The notes: generated from the sequence alone by a model not told the origin. DNA of 61,567 nucleotides from Candidatus Bathyarchaeia archaeon (GCA_050012255.1 JBEKHN010000015.1:1-61567); one strand, 5' to 3'; positions 30,026-42,030 are shown, counted from the first letter of the stretch. A program made the numbers and translations.

Positions 30026-30403
30026 CTACGAGGTTCTGTTTGGAGGCTCTGCGGTGTTGAATGCGCTGGTCCGCAGCTGAACCGCCGCTGAAGGCAGGTG
30101 GGCCATGAGCGGGCGTAGCTGCAGGTGCTTGTGGCCGCAGCCACATTCGAAGCCTACTGTTGCGCCTCGTTTTCTCAGTTGTCGCCACTTTCTGCTGCTG
30201 CAGTGGGAGTCTTGCTGATGAATGACCCAGAGTTGTCTGGCTTCTGTAGGCGTTATGGGCGCGTAGTCCTTCGCTTTTGCAGAGTACCAGACTACATAGA
30301 CTATGAAACACACCCACAAGCTGGGCGCGATTATCCACAGGTTGGACGTGAACGTTTCAAACATATTTTTCACCAAGTGTATTTTTGTTCTGCACGGATA
30401 CAA
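30026..30403 (-). CDS. Membrane-anchored small zinc-ribbon-like protein
   Basis: N-terminal TM; H..HC and CGCGH. Confidence 0.55.
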   Translation of the reverse strand: MYPCRTKIHLVKNMFETFTSNLWIIAPSLWVCFIVYVVWYSAKAKDYAPITPTEARQLWVIHQQDSHCSSRKWRQLRKRGATVGFECGCGHKHLQLRPLMAHLPSAAVQLRTSAFNTAEPPNRTS

Positions 30404-30483
30404 TATGTCCCGGAGCGGACATATCTAGTTATAGAATATGCTATCTTACGATATAAACGTTTCGCCAGTCTAACTGTTCAACA

Positions 30484-30954
30484 CTAATACCAAAACTGCT
30501 GCAACACATCCTTCTTCTCCACGATGTAGCCACAGTAGTGGCACTTCAATGACAGCGGTTCCTCGCATTCAACGTAGAACCTGGCCTTAACAGGCTCATT
30601 GCTGTTGCTTATGCAAGCTGGGTTAGCACACTTGATGATGTTGTCAATAACGTTTGGCAGCTTCACCTCTTCCTTTTTTACAACTTTGTAGTCGCGAATG
30701 ATGTTGATGCTGGCATGCGGCGCGATCAAAGCTATTTTGTGAACCTCCTGCGGCTTCAACTCCCTGCCTTCTATCTTGACGATGTCCTTCGTCTTTAGCC
30801 GTTTACTCGGAACATTAATGGCGATCGTGATAGGGCCTTTATCGTTTCCTGTTATGCCTAGAATCTTGACAACGTCCAACGCGTGTCCCCTCGTTATGTG
30901 ATCGATAACTGTGCCATCCTTGATCTTTGAAACACGTAGCTCAGTCTCGGTCAT
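30484..30954 (-). CDS. pyrI: Aspartate carbamoyltransferase regulatory chain
   Basis: GTVIDHI, KDIVKIE, CANPACI, CHYC. Confidence 0.96.
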   Translation of the reverse strand: MTETELRVSKIKDGTVIDHITRGHALDVVKILGITGNDKGPITIAINVPSKRLKTKDIVKIEGRELKPQEVHKIALIAPHASINIIRDYKVVKKEEVKLPNVIDNIIKCANPACISNSNEPVKARFYVECEEPLSLKCHYCGYIVEKKDVLQQFWY

Positions 30955-31147
30955 TCGAAATCCCCTTCCAAGAAAACGGTAATACCACAACCGCAGATAA
31001 AAGACTTTAATCTCTGGCAGAGTTAGACTTTTTCTTTTGTGAATAGAGAAGAAACCGCCAAGTTCTTTACGGGTTTTCTGAAGTCGCAAGATGAAGTGGG
31101 TGTGTCGATTTGTGCTGTGAACGATTTTCAAGGCTTATTAGGAATGG

Positions 31148-31639
31148 TTGAAGATTGATTCAGGGGATGATGTGGCAAAGAAAAAAAGTTGGCCTGAAAA
31201 GCTCGAGGACAGTAAGGGTTTGCCAAGAGTTGAAAAGATCCCTGCCAAGATGAACAAGAGGTGGGGCGCAGGCACACTGGTCATCCCGGCACCGAGGGAA
31301 GTGGATGAAATCATGAGGAAGGTGCCCGAAGGGAGAGTCGTCACGGTAAATGAAATTCGCGAAGCGTTAGCGAGGAAACACAATGCTTCAATCGGCTGTC
31401 CCATCATGACGGGCATCTTTGCTCGCATTGCAGCTGGCGCTGCAGAAGAACAAACCGTAAAGGGTAAAGAAATTACGCCTTACTGGCGCACTTTGAAAGT
31501 TGGCGGAGTCATAAACGAGAAGTATCCAGAAGGAGTTGAAGGACAGTGAAGGCTTCTGGAGAAAGAGGGACACAAGGTGATTCGGAAAGGCAAGAAATAC
31601 GTCGTTGTAGACTTCGAAAAATCTCTAGCAAGAATATAG
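31148..31639 (+). pseudogene. MGMT/Atl-like alkyl-DNA binding protein with in-frame TGA at 31547
   Basis: VPEGRVVT, PYWR; frame continues RLLEKEGHKV after the stop. Confidence 0.7.
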
Positions 31640-31716
31640 GCAAGCAAAGCTTATTCTCAGCCGCTCCTCAGCAGCCCTTTTCCTGAGAAGCAGTGCTACA
31701 AATTCTTATCTATTAG

Positions 31717-32664
<948 letters not shown>

Positions 32665-32687
32665 CAAACTGCTTTCTCGTTCAGAGA

Positions 32688-34910
32688 TCACGTGCCCATG
32701 AACCTGTCAAAGAAGGCTAACGTTCCCACTGCTCCGCATGAAGGGCACTTGTGCAGTAGGCCAAACCAGCTTTTCTTGCAACTGAAACAATAGGTGAGTT
32801 TGCGGTCATAAGTGAAGACGCCTACGTTGTGGCTTTCGGTGAGCTGTTTGGTAATTGTCATAAGCTCTTCAGGTTCGTGCTTGCTCTCGTCAAGGTCGAC
32901 GACCGTTAGGCTTCCACTAACATGCGCTTCGGCCAGCTTGTCTTCAAACGTTAATGATTCTTCTGTGACCCTTCCGCCGGTAATCGGTATTCGGTTGACG
33001 GTGGGGTAGAAAGGTTTCTCTCTCACGCCTGAAAACTTCACCTTCGCAACTCCATACCTTTCGATGTCCATCTGGGCCAGTCTCTCAGAAGCTTCGCGAT
33101 TGGGAAGCATCGCAGCGGACAAGCGTTTTCCGCGCCTTCTGCCGATCTTCTGAACGTAGATCGAAACTTCTTTTGCGATTTCCTCGGAGAAAGCCAATGT
33201 CTTTTCGTCGCCAACACTTTTTTCACAGAACATCTCAGCACCCTGTTTCAACCCCGCCAAGTTTATTATGCGAGAACAGCTTTCAAGTCTGAAGTACTGG
33301 TCACCATTGCCGCCTTGCATGATAAACGGCAGCAGGTTCTTGCCGCGATGCGTCAGGGTTCGATGCTTGATTTCTAGGGCCCTGTTTGCCATCTCAACCC
33401 TTTCCTTTAGAATTTCAAGGAATTTTGTCTGGTCTCTACACGATTCATGCGCGACCCGCGGAACATTGATCGTTACAACTCCGAGACACCCTGTACGCAA
33501 CGTGTCAGTTTCCCAGTCACCGTTCAAATCTGCGTCGAGCACAAACCCTGATGAAGAAAAAACAGAGTGCTTCCTCTCCTTCTTGAGCGCGTTGGCAAAG
33601 TATAGAAAGCCTCTTTCTGAAGCCAAGCTGTGAGCTTTCATCAGCAACGCTTTTGCTCTCTCATTCGAGGTGGTTTCTGCGCGTATTTTCAGGATAAGCT
33701 TTGGGGTCGTCAGCGGCTTACAGCCACCTTCTTCAGCGAAGACCTCAAGCAAGAGAGATGCCAAAAGCTGGACCTGTTCGGTGAAATCTGAGTAGGTGCC
33801 GACGTGCTTTCCATTAGGTCCCACCGCTAGACTCTCGGCCAAGAAGTCTGGAACAGTCAGCTCCAGGCCTAGAGAAACATGCGTGTGCTGAGCCAAGCTT
33901 GCAGTGAACAATCGCAAAGCTTCTTTGACCTTGGAGGGTTCAGCATCCTTGGCAAATGGGGCTAGGAACACGTTGAAGTAGTCGAGTGTCTGCATGGTGT
34001 CGACTTCTTTAGCGCTGTGCAGAAGAACATTGAAAGTCAAAGAAAGCGCGGCCTGCAAGTTCTGAGGTGCTGATTGGCTCTGTTGCAGAGGGTTTATGCT
34101 CTCTAAGTCTAAACCGTTTCTTAAAAAGAATCGGAGGTCATGCATTATTTCGGTGGGCTTCAGGATCCATGAGCTTAAGCCGTTGATGTGTAAGGAACCT
34201 GACAAGTGAGCGTCTGAAATGTCTCTTGGGAGAACGTTCAGCAGCGTGTACTCCTTGAAGACTGTTTCACCGGCTGATTCCTGCGCTGGGACCGTCTCGT
34301 GAAGGGTTCTGTTCCTCGATTCTAAAAGACTGGTCACGTCGTGAACAGGTATCCCCAACCGTGTGAGCTTGTGTCGATACTCTTCCAATCCTTTCTCTAT
34401 CAAGATCGCGTTCACGACCTCTCTCACGAGTGGAGCAGTCAAATACTTCGTTCTTGCCCGAATCAGCTGTTTCTCTGCTTCCTTGGCCACCCTCTGCGCA
34501 AGCTCCGCAGGCATCCTCGCTTCTCTCGTCAACGAGCTCGCAATCTTGTTAGCATCAAACTCTTCAAGTGCAAGACGGCTCGTGCGAACAAGCGCACTTC
34601 TCGGCTTGAAAGCTTTCTTGTCAATCTTGTCCGCAACATCAATGACCATCTTCCCCAGTTCGGTTAAGCAGTACTTCCTCGCCTCAACATTCGCTTCAAT
34701 CAAGTCCGCCTTAAGCAAGAATTTCAGGTGGTACGCAAACCTTCCAGCATCCCTGCTGGGGTTCATCTTGAGAGAACCCATCAGTTCGGTGTAAGAAAGC
34801 GGGCCCTCGTCAAAAAGCAGGTTCAAAATCTGCAGCCTCAAAGGTGAGGAGACAGCCTTCAGTATCCTGACCCCGCGGACCCTTTGGGGAACAGACAACC
34901 CTCTCTCCAA
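32688..34910 (-). CDS. ArsR-HTH + ATP-cone + NrdD-like fusion, apparently catalytically inactive
   Basis: N-terminal wHTH (RLQILNLL, YHLKFL), ATP-cone (EEFDANKI), NrdD-like body and CxxC/CxxC, no RITGY. Confidence 0.8.
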   Translation of the reverse strand: MERGLSVPQRVRGVRILKAVSSPLRLQILNLLFDEGPLSYTELMGSLKMNPSRDAGRFAYHLKFLLKADLIEANVEARKYCLTELGKMVIDVADKIDKKAFKPRSALVRTSRLALEEFDANKIASSLTREARMPAELAQRVAKEAEKQLIRARTKYLTAPLVREVVNAILIEKGLEEYRHKLTRLGIPVHDVTSLLESRNRTLHETVPAQESAGETVFKEYTLLNVLPRDISDAHLSGSLHINGLSSWILKPTEIMHDLRFFLRNGLDLESINPLQQSQSAPQNLQAALSLTFNVLLHSAKEVDTMQTLDYFNVFLAPFAKDAEPSKVKEALRLFTASLAQHTHVSLGLELTVPDFLAESLAVGPNGKHVGTYSDFTEQVQLLASLLLEVFAEEGGCKPLTTPKLILKIRAETTSNERAKALLMKAHSLASERGFLYFANALKKERKHSVFSSSGFVLDADLNGDWETDTLRTGCLGVVTINVPRVAHESCRDQTKFLEILKERVEMANRALEIKHRTLTHRGKNLLPFIMQGGNGDQYFRLESCSRIINLAGLKQGAEMFCEKSVGDEKTLAFSEEIAKEVSIYVQKIGRRRGKRLSAAMLPNREASERLAQMDIERYGVAKVKFSGVREKPFYPTVNRIPITGGRVTEESLTFEDKLAEAHVSGSLTVVDLDESKHEPEELMTITKQLTESHNVGVFTYDRKLTYCFSCKKSWFGLLHKCPSCGAVGTLAFFDRFMGT

Positions 34911-35005
34911 CCCTCGAAACCGTAAGCGTATTATTTAGGAGTAAGGGTTTAAAGGCGTTGAGGAACACTTATTTTTCTCGCCTGAAATGAGAGTTTCAGC
35001 TTCAA

Positions 35006-35083
35006 GGGGCTGTCGGCTAGCTTGGTCTAGGCTATGAGCCTCGGGCGCTCGTGACCCCGGTTCAAATCCGGGCAGCCCCACCA
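35006..35083 (+). tRNA. tRNA-Pro(CGG), CCA encoded
   Basis: Cloverleaf with TGAGC-CT-CGG-GC-GCTCG anticodon arm. Confidence 0.93.
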
Positions 35084-35329
35084 CGCGCGCGTGTAGAGGA
35101 ACCTTAGGGGGTCGAGTACCTGATAGTGTTCTGGTACCAGGTCGTTTTTCAGGCTGCGCGCGTGGTGCAAGAGAACGCAGGTCGACAAGAATTCCTTGGC
35201 AGGTCTTGATAGGTCTTCAGGTTAGTAGCAAGGCATGAGCGCCAGGAAGCTTTTGGAGCTTTGTATCGCGTGTGCTCTTTCGGTGTAGGACGGTAGAAGT
35301 CTGAACCTCTTTGGGTTCTAGCCTGCGTG

Positions 35330-35770
35330 CTATTTGTTTCTGCTGCGGCAAGTCTTGCAAACGCCATAAACATCCAAGCGTTGCCCCGTTCGCGTGAATT
35401 CTGCTTTGGCCGCCACTCTCTCAACGATTTCTCGAGCAGCACTATCATCGAAATCTTGAATATTGCCACACCGCATGCAGATCAGGTTAATGTGAGGTTC
35501 CACATAAGAATCGAATCTTGCCTGACTTTCTGGCAAATCCAGTTCTTGTACTAGGCCGTGTTCCGTCAGAATCTGAAGTGTCTTGTAGACTGTTGCAAGA
35601 CTGACAGTTGGATGAACCTTCCTTACTTCATGGTAGACTCTTTGCGCGCTCGGATGGTCTCGGCTATGGAGGGCAAATCGACAAATAGCTATCCTTTGCG
35701 TAGTGGCCTTGTATCCTTTCTTCCGGAGAGTTTCGATTATCAATGCGTCTGATTTCTGAGAGCGACTCAT
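35330..35770 (-). CDS. Fur/PerR family regulator
   Basis: TQRIAI, HPSA, SLATVYKTL, CxxC twice; divergent from catalase. Confidence 0.93.
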   Translation of the reverse strand: MSRSQKSDALIIETLRKKGYKATTQRIAICRFALHSRDHPSAQRVYHEVRKVHPTVSLATVYKTLQILTEHGLVQELDLPESQARFDSYVEPHINLICMRCGNIQDFDDSAAREIVERVAAKAEFTRTGQRLDVYGVCKTCRSRNK

Positions 35771-35775
35771 ACCTT

Positions 35776-35789
35776 TTATTAGATAATAA
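35776..35789. promoter_or_regulatory. Candidate PerR/Fur box
   Basis: TTATTA-GA-TAATAA dyad in the divergent intergenic region. Confidence 0.5.
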
Positions 35790-35865
35790 CAAATCTTAAA
35801 TAAACCTTTAGCTCTTTGACAGCCTAAGACGTTAAAAAACAACAGAAAAGGGGAGGTGAAAAGTT

Positions 35866-37314
35866 ATGAAAGAGAAACATATCACGACGAATCAGGGTGT
35901 TCCTGTCTCTGACAACCAGAATTCGCTCACTGCAGGCGAGCGCGGTCCTGTGCTGCTGCAGGATGTGCATTTGATTGAGAAGCTTGCCCACTTTGACCGT
36001 GAGCGTATTCCCGAGCGTGTGGTGCACGCGAAAGGTGCCGGCGCGCATGGCTACTTCCAAGTGTACAAGAGCATGGCAAGATACACGTTTGCAAAATTCC
36101 TTCAAGACTCGAAGAAGAAGACGCCTGTGTTCGTCCGCTTCTCTACGGTTGTCGGTGCAAGAGGATCCGCAGATACGGCTCGCGATCCCAGAGGTTTTGC
36201 TGTGAAGTTTTACACTGAGGACGGTAACTACGACTTGGTCGGCAATAACTTGCCAGTCTTCTTCATCCGAGACGCCGTTAAATTCCCTGACATGGTGCAC
36301 GCCTTCAAGCCTGCGCCTGACACTGGATATCCCACAAGTTCGTCGGCAAACAGTCGCTTCTGGGACTTCATTTCGCTGACTCCTGAATCCACACACATGA
36401 TCACTTGGCTCTTCTCAGATCGAGGCACAGTCAAGAGCTACAGAAGAATGGAAGGATTTGGCGTCAATACCTACAAGTGGGTAAACGCCGAGGGCAAAGC
36501 AGTCTACGTCAAGTACCATTGGAAGCCAAAAGCAGGAATAGAAACAATAGACCGCCACGAGTCTACTCGCCTGGCTGGTGAGGACCCTGACATTGCTACT
36601 CGCGACTTGTACAAAACCATTGCTTCAGGAAAGATAGTCGAATACGAATTGTGCGTTCAGATCATGGAAATCGCGGACGAGTTGAAGCAGGACTTCGACC
36701 CGCTTGACGCCACAAAGACATGGCCGGAAGACAAGTTCCCCCTCACATCCGTGGGCAAGATGGTGTTGAACCGCAACCCCGAAAACTTCTTCGCCGAAAC
36801 AGAGCAAGCAGCTTTCAGCCCAGGCTCTGTTGTTCCAGGCATCGACTTCTCCGCTGACAAGCTCCTGCAGGGTAGAACATTCTCCTACGCAGACACCCAA
36901 AGGCACAGATTGGGCGCTAACTATCTGCAACTTCCAATCAATCGGCCACAGGCATCTGTCAATAACAATCAACGCGACGGTGCCATGCAGTATGCGCCCT
37001 ACGGCGGAGGAACAGTCAACTACGAACCCAACACGCTAGCAGATGGAATGCCGCATGAAGCTCCGGCCACTGGCACGACTCACGAGCATCTTGAAGCAGA
37101 CATCGCGCGCCAGAAAATCAGTTTGACAAACGACTTCAAGCAAGCAGGCGAACGCTACAGTTCACTAGGCAAAATGGATCAGGACCACCTGGTTGATAAC
37201 ATCGTGGATTCGCTGAGTCACGCAGAGAAGCCCATTCAGAAACGGATGGTCGAGAATCTTACTCAAGCTGATCCAGAGTTTGGCAAACGAGTGGCAAAAG
37301 GCCTCAAACTCTAG
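35866..37314 (+). CDS. kat: Monofunctional heme catalase
   Basis: FDRERIPERVVHAKG, RDPRGFA, QGRTFSYADTQ; GGAGGTGA SD. Confidence 0.97.
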   Translation: MKEKHITTNQGVPVSDNQNSLTAGERGPVLLQDVHLIEKLAHFDRERIPERVVHAKGAGAHGYFQVYKSMARYTFAKFLQDSKKKTPVFVRFSTVVGARGSADTARDPRGFAVKFYTEDGNYDLVGNNLPVFFIRDAVKFPDMVHAFKPAPDTGYPTSSSANSRFWDFISLTPESTHMITWLFSDRGTVKSYRRMEGFGVNTYKWVNAEGKAVYVKYHWKPKAGIETIDRHESTRLAGEDPDIATRDLYKTIASGKIVEYELCVQIMEIADELKQDFDPLDATKTWPEDKFPLTSVGKMVLNRNPENFFAETEQAAFSPGSVVPGIDFSADKLLQGRTFSYADTQRHRLGANYLQLPINRPQASVNNNQRDGAMQYAPYGGGTVNYEPNTLADGMPHEAPATGTTHEHLEADIARQKISLTNDFKQAGERYSSLGKMDQDHLVDNIVDSLSHAEKPIQKRMVENLTQADPEFGKRVAKGLKL

Positions 37315-37791
37315 AGCGCGCCAATCGTAGCGCGCTTTTTAAGTTTTGGCTTCGCTTTAGTTCACTCTCTGTCAACGAGATTCCGTTTTAGCGCGAAGGT
37401 TTTAGCGGACTCCATTGTGGTAGGCGGAGACATAGGCCCAAAGCACGCGCGAGAGATTTAAACGAGATGAGTCACATGTCCCGGGCTACCATTTCCGCAT
37501 CGTAATTTACGCGGTTTTGGGCGGCAATTCAGCCGTGGTTTCCTGTTTCAGTGTTTGCTTCGAGGCTTAGGTCGTTTACTCTGAAGAAGGTTTTAACGGC
37601 CTTAACGCAGTGCGCGGTGTGTCTGGGAATGTATAACGTCGCGATGAGACCTAGTATGTTGTCGTTTTCTTCTGCCACAAGAATGTCAACATCTCGCTTT
37701 CGGATCTCGTTGGGACAGCGCGGTTTTGCACTTTCAGGATGGGAATGTGCCTATGGAATTGTTTTTCGAGAAGGAAAGAAAAAAGGGGTTG

Positions 37792-38733
37792 TTAGCTGGT
37801 TGCGGGGCTCGACGGTGGGCTTGTTTGTTGGCTTATCCTTGGCTGCGGTCGTTTTCTGGTTAGGTACACGACGACACCGATGCCCATTAGGAGGAAGCCG
37901 ATTCCGAAGATGAGCCAGGCATATCCTTGGTAGGTCAGCATGTCGCCTCCGCCTTTTAAGAGGCCTGCTAGCGAGTTTTCAATCGAGGACATTACGTCTG
38001 TGTCGTTTGAATAGGCTTCTTGTAGGTTGTTTAGCGAGTCTCCGTAGTATTTTTTGGCGTTGGCAAAGTCTCCTTGCACGTAATAGTTGCTTGCTAGGGT
38101 TTTGGCGACGCTGGACTGCACGATCAGTTCTCTTGCTTTCGCGGTTAGGATGGGAATACCGTTGATAGCGGTGGTTGGATAGGCTTCGACTTGCTTCTTA
38201 TAGTTGTAGGCGTCTGCTTGGTCGGAGGAGAATACGGCGAAGCTATCGTCATTTTTTGTCCACCTGCCCACTATGCCTTTGTTTCCGGTCGTGCTGTTTA
38301 CGTGCTCCACGTAGATGGTGTAGCCATGCGTGACGAAGTTGGAGGCTACTAGCACTGATGGGACTGTAAAGGTTATGGTGAACACGTTTGATTGATACGG
38401 CTGTATAGCATATGTGTTGGTGATGCTGCACTGGCTTGATGTGTAGTTTACGCCCCAGTCGAAACCGACTATCACGGCTGAGACGTTTATTTGAACAACT
38501 TGAAAACCGTAGTAGAAGTCGTTGTAGACGTTTACGACGAGGTTGGCCGTCGTGTTTTCCTCATAGGCCGTGACGGGTGCGCCATAGAAATTGTCGAAAC
38601 TGTTTCGAACCATACTGCCGATCCAGTTGTAATTGGTTATTGAGGCGTTTGCTCTGGGCAGGCTGACCGCTGAAAAGAGAATCAAGGTGCACAGAACCAC
38701 GTAGACTATGGAAGTTCTCTTCATTCTTCTCAC
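37792..38733 (-). CDS. Secreted, C-terminally anchored surface protein
   Basis: Signal peptide, beta-rich domain, helical region, C-terminal TM plus basic tail. Confidence 0.75.
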   Translation of the reverse strand: MRRMKRTSIVYVVLCTLILFSAVSLPRANASITNYNWIGSMVRNSFDNFYGAPVTAYEENTTANLVVNVYNDFYYGFQVVQINVSAVIVGFDWGVNYTSSQCSITNTYAIQPYQSNVFTITFTVPSVLVASNFVTHGYTIYVEHVNSTTGNKGIVGRWTKNDDSFAVFSSDQADAYNYKKQVEAYPTTAINGIPILTAKARELIVQSSVAKTLASNYYVQGDFANAKKYYGDSLNNLQEAYSNDTDVMSSIENSLAGLLKGGGDMLTYQGYAWLIFGIGFLLMGIGVVVYLTRKRPQPRISQQTSPPSSPATS

Positions 38734-39041
38734 GAGTCCTTTTAGAGCTCACGAACGCACTCTAGTTGTTAACTAATGCTCTTAAAATTTTCGCAAGAAC
38801 CCGGCAGGCTGACTGTTTTCCGCTAGCACTATGGCGCCTAACCGGGCAGTGTAATGAAGATGAAAATCACTTCTTGTCGGGCGCATGCGTCGATCGACTA
38901 GGTTAAACAAGTTGTAGTTCGTAAACGACGCTCTTGATGGAGACCCTGAAGCCGGCAGGTCGACTATCTCAAGTATGCTCCAGTCCACAAGAAGCCTATC
39001 CAAGACAGGTTTAATGTTGTCCAAATATCTATTGAAGCTCC

Positions 39042-39246
39042 AGCGCGCATGCTTGTTCCTAAATTCTGTTCAAGGGGGAGGCATGGCGTTTTCCAATGGT
39101 CGATGGTTACTGTCACGGTTCGAGTGAGTGTTTGCGTGCTCACACCCTCCCCCCGGGGTATGCTATATGACCAAAATATGGTTGAAGAGCAAAATGAGTA
39201 AAGCAAGCTGCTTCCCGAAAGAATTTAGGAACACGCTAGCGCGCTA
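39042..39246 (+). mobile_element. MITE-like repeat, copy 3 (complete, about 205 bp)
   Basis: Imperfect 25-26 bp terminal inverted repeats AGCGCGCATGCTTGTTCCTAAATTC / GAATTTAGGAACACGCTAGCGCGCTA. Confidence 0.85.
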
Positions 39247-39439
39247 CTATTGGCACTGTGCATTTGGCTTTTTCGAAATTGAAACGGGTGCGTTCGGTTT
39301 AATAGATCAGCCGCACATACAAGATAGGCATGGCCAGCATCACAATTCCCCATTTGTACCCGTTTTGCAGCTTGAGAGTCTTCGTAGCAGCGATAACATT
39401 TGAGGTTGCGTGCTCTACCATGCTTGCAGGTGCGGCTAA

Positions 39440-40141
39440 TTGATAGTTGCCACGATTCCTGCCCACGACGAGGCACAGTTCCTTGAAAATGCCGTGAGAA
39501 CACTGTTGCAGGAAACCATCGCTCTGGGCGACGATTACTGCATAGTCATAGCTGAAGATGGAAGCACTGACGGATCTGACGAGATGGCCGAGCGCTTGGC
39601 AGGGAACAACCCACGCATAATTCATGTTCACGCGGATAGGAAATTGGGGAGAGGTTTGGCTCTCAAGAACGCCTGGAAAAAGGTTAACGGAGATATCTAC
39701 GCCTTTGTTGACTGTGATTTGGCCACCGACATGAAATATTATCCGCAGCTGATTGGGGCAATAAGAAATGGTTATGACCTCGCCACTGGCTCGAGGTACA
39801 TGAGTGGGGCCGTTGTGCAGCGCCCTGCATTGCGAGGTCTTGTGTCAAGAATGTACAATTTGCTGATTCGAGCAGTCTTTAGAACACACGTGCACGATCA
39901 CCAACTGGGGTTTAAGGCGTTTTCAAGCAGGGTCGTGGGAGACCTTTTGAGCCGTTGCAGTAGCGCAGATTGGTTTTGGGACACCGAGATCATCGTACGA
40001 AGCGTGCGTGAGGGTTACAAATTGGCCGAGTTTCCAGTTGAATGGATAGAAAAGCGCGGAACCAGAACACCGTTGAAGAGACTGACCAAAGACATCTACA
40101 TTCATGGGATAGGCTTTCTGAAGCTCTGTGCGCACAGATGA
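39440..40141 (+). CDS. GT2 dolichol-phosphate hexosyltransferase
   Basis: EDGSTDGS, GRGLA, DCD, GSR, DHQLGFK, WFWDTE. Confidence 0.9.
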   Translation: MIVATIPAHDEAQFLENAVRTLLQETIALGDDYCIVIAEDGSTDGSDEMAERLAGNNPRIIHVHADRKLGRGLALKNAWKKVNGDIYAFVDCDLATDMKYYPQLIGAIRNGYDLATGSRYMSGAVVQRPALRGLVSRMYNLLIRAVFRTHVHDHQLGFKAFSSRVVGDLLSRCSSADWFWDTEIIVRSVREGYKLAEFPVEWIEKRGTRTPLKRLTKDIYIHGIGFLKLCAHR

Positions 40142-40156
40142 TGAACGGAGACTCTC

Positions 40157-40183
40157 GAAACCGAGGAAACCGAGGAAACCGAG
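40157..40183 (+). repeat. Tandem repeat GAAACCGAG x3
   Basis: Direct reading. Confidence 0.8.
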
Positions 40184-40273
40184 AAGCAAAAACCTTAGAA
40201 AAACCAATAAACCCCTGCTTCTCTGCACAGTACCAAGATATTTATACGAGTCTGAAAAGTAGAGGTAGCGTGC

Positions 40274-41389
40274 TCAAGTCAGCCAGTAACCGTTCACAAA
40301 CAAAATCACAAACAGCGTCAAGAGACTCACGGAGAACAATTTGAGAGTCTCTTCCCAGAATCTGTTTCTCGCCATTATGGCAAAACCGAGGTACATTGGA
40401 AACAAAACGCTAACGTACCTTGGCAAACTCTCCAGTAGACTCGAAGAAAGGATGAAGAACAATTGGACAGCAGTGTACACAATGTAGCTGATTCTAACCT
40501 TGGAATAGATCAGGTAGAATAGCATCAAAATGGACAATGCCACAAAACCCAGAAACGTGAATCTGTAAAAGGGATCGTAATAAAAAAGGCTTTTTAATGT
40601 GAGAAGTCCTGGTGCAAATACTCTGCTCCATGCGCTTTCTGCTTTCAAGAACGCCAAAGGTTCATCAAATCTCATATACAAGTAGGTCATGTAGGTGAGC
40701 AAGCCTGCGGGAATCAACAGCAAGCAAAGTATATCTTTCTTGATCTTGCTGAATTTGAGGTCCTTGATAGAAGTTGGGGCCAAGTATTCGATCAAGATGG
40801 GTATGAATATGAAAACACCCAACGCTCTCGTTAATGCAGCAAAAAATCCGAACAGTGATGAAAGAAACCAACGATTTTTTCTGGCATAGTAGAAGCATGC
40901 AACAGTTAGAAAAAAGAAAAGACTTTCAGCGTAAAATATCGAAAAGAAGAAAGAAGCCGGAAATATCAGGGCAAAGATAACCGAATTCAAAGGTATCTTC
41001 GTATTTTGGTAGTCTAGTCTGACTAGTCTGAACAAGTAGAACATCGCTAAGAGCAGAGCAACATTAGACAGGACAATTCCTGTTATCCTTACATCTGCAA
41101 GACCAAAAGAAAAAATCTTCACGAGCGAGGGATAAAGAGGGAAGAACGCCACGTTTGACGCTATCCCTGGCACATAAGAGTAGCCATTTTGGACAATTGA
41201 GAGATACCATCCTGAGTCCCATCTGAAAAACAGGTCAAGTATGGATTGAGGGTTGTAGTAGAATTCTGATTTTAGAATTACAAGACTTGACATCCAGCCA
41301 ATGAGAAGAACTAGCAACCTTGAGGAAGTGAAGAAGCCGCATATCTCCACCAACGACCTGTGTCTTGTAATGGCCTCACGGATTCTCAT
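40274..41389 (-). CDS. PIG-V-like GT-C mannosyltransferase
   Basis: RWDSGWY..I...GY, AFFPLYP, YAESLF; multiple TM. Confidence 0.88.
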   Translation of the reverse strand: MRIREAITRHRSLVEICGFFTSSRLLVLLIGWMSSLVILKSEFYYNPQSILDLFFRWDSGWYLSIVQNGYSYVPGIASNVAFFPLYPSLVKIFSFGLADVRITGIVLSNVALLLAMFYLFRLVRLDYQNTKIPLNSVIFALIFPASFFFSIFYAESLFFFLTVACFYYARKNRWFLSSLFGFFAALTRALGVFIFIPILIEYLAPTSIKDLKFSKIKKDILCLLLIPAGLLTYMTYLYMRFDEPLAFLKAESAWSRVFAPGLLTLKSLFYYDPFYRFTFLGFVALSILMLFYLIYSKVRISYIVYTAVQLFFILSSSLLESLPRYVSVLFPMYLGFAIMARNRFWEETLKLFSVSLLTLFVILFVNGYWLT

Positions 41390-41479
41390 GACGGTGCCTT
41401 GTTCTAGAACACTGATTAGCTGACTATATAAGACGTGTGAGCCGTCGCAATGAGCTTTTTGAGTCGTTGAACGTGTAGC

Positions 41480-41880
<401 letters not shown>

Positions 41881-42030
41881 TCACCGATTCATCCACCATC
41901 TTGCAAGCTTGCCCATAGGTGACTCCCAGAGTGGAACTGTAACTTAAGGCTTGTCTCTTTGTAGCGCGCGCTCACTGCGACTTTCAAATCTCTTTTTGGC
42001 TCGCGCGCGCTCGAACCTCATAACCCGTTT

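Noticed and set aside
31547-31549. Selenocysteine recoding of the in-frame TGA
   Set aside because: Position is not a Cys site in this family and no SECIS-like element was evident
37500-37720. Possible GNAT fragment on minus strand (RDVDILVAEENDNILGLI)
   Set aside because: Too short and degraded to call
39042-39246. Classical integron attC sites
   Set aside because: No RYYYAAC/GTTRRRY ends, no tandem co-oriented cassette array and no IntI seen
40157-40183. 9-bp triple repeat as a functional element
   Set aside because: Most simply replication slippage in an intergenic gap
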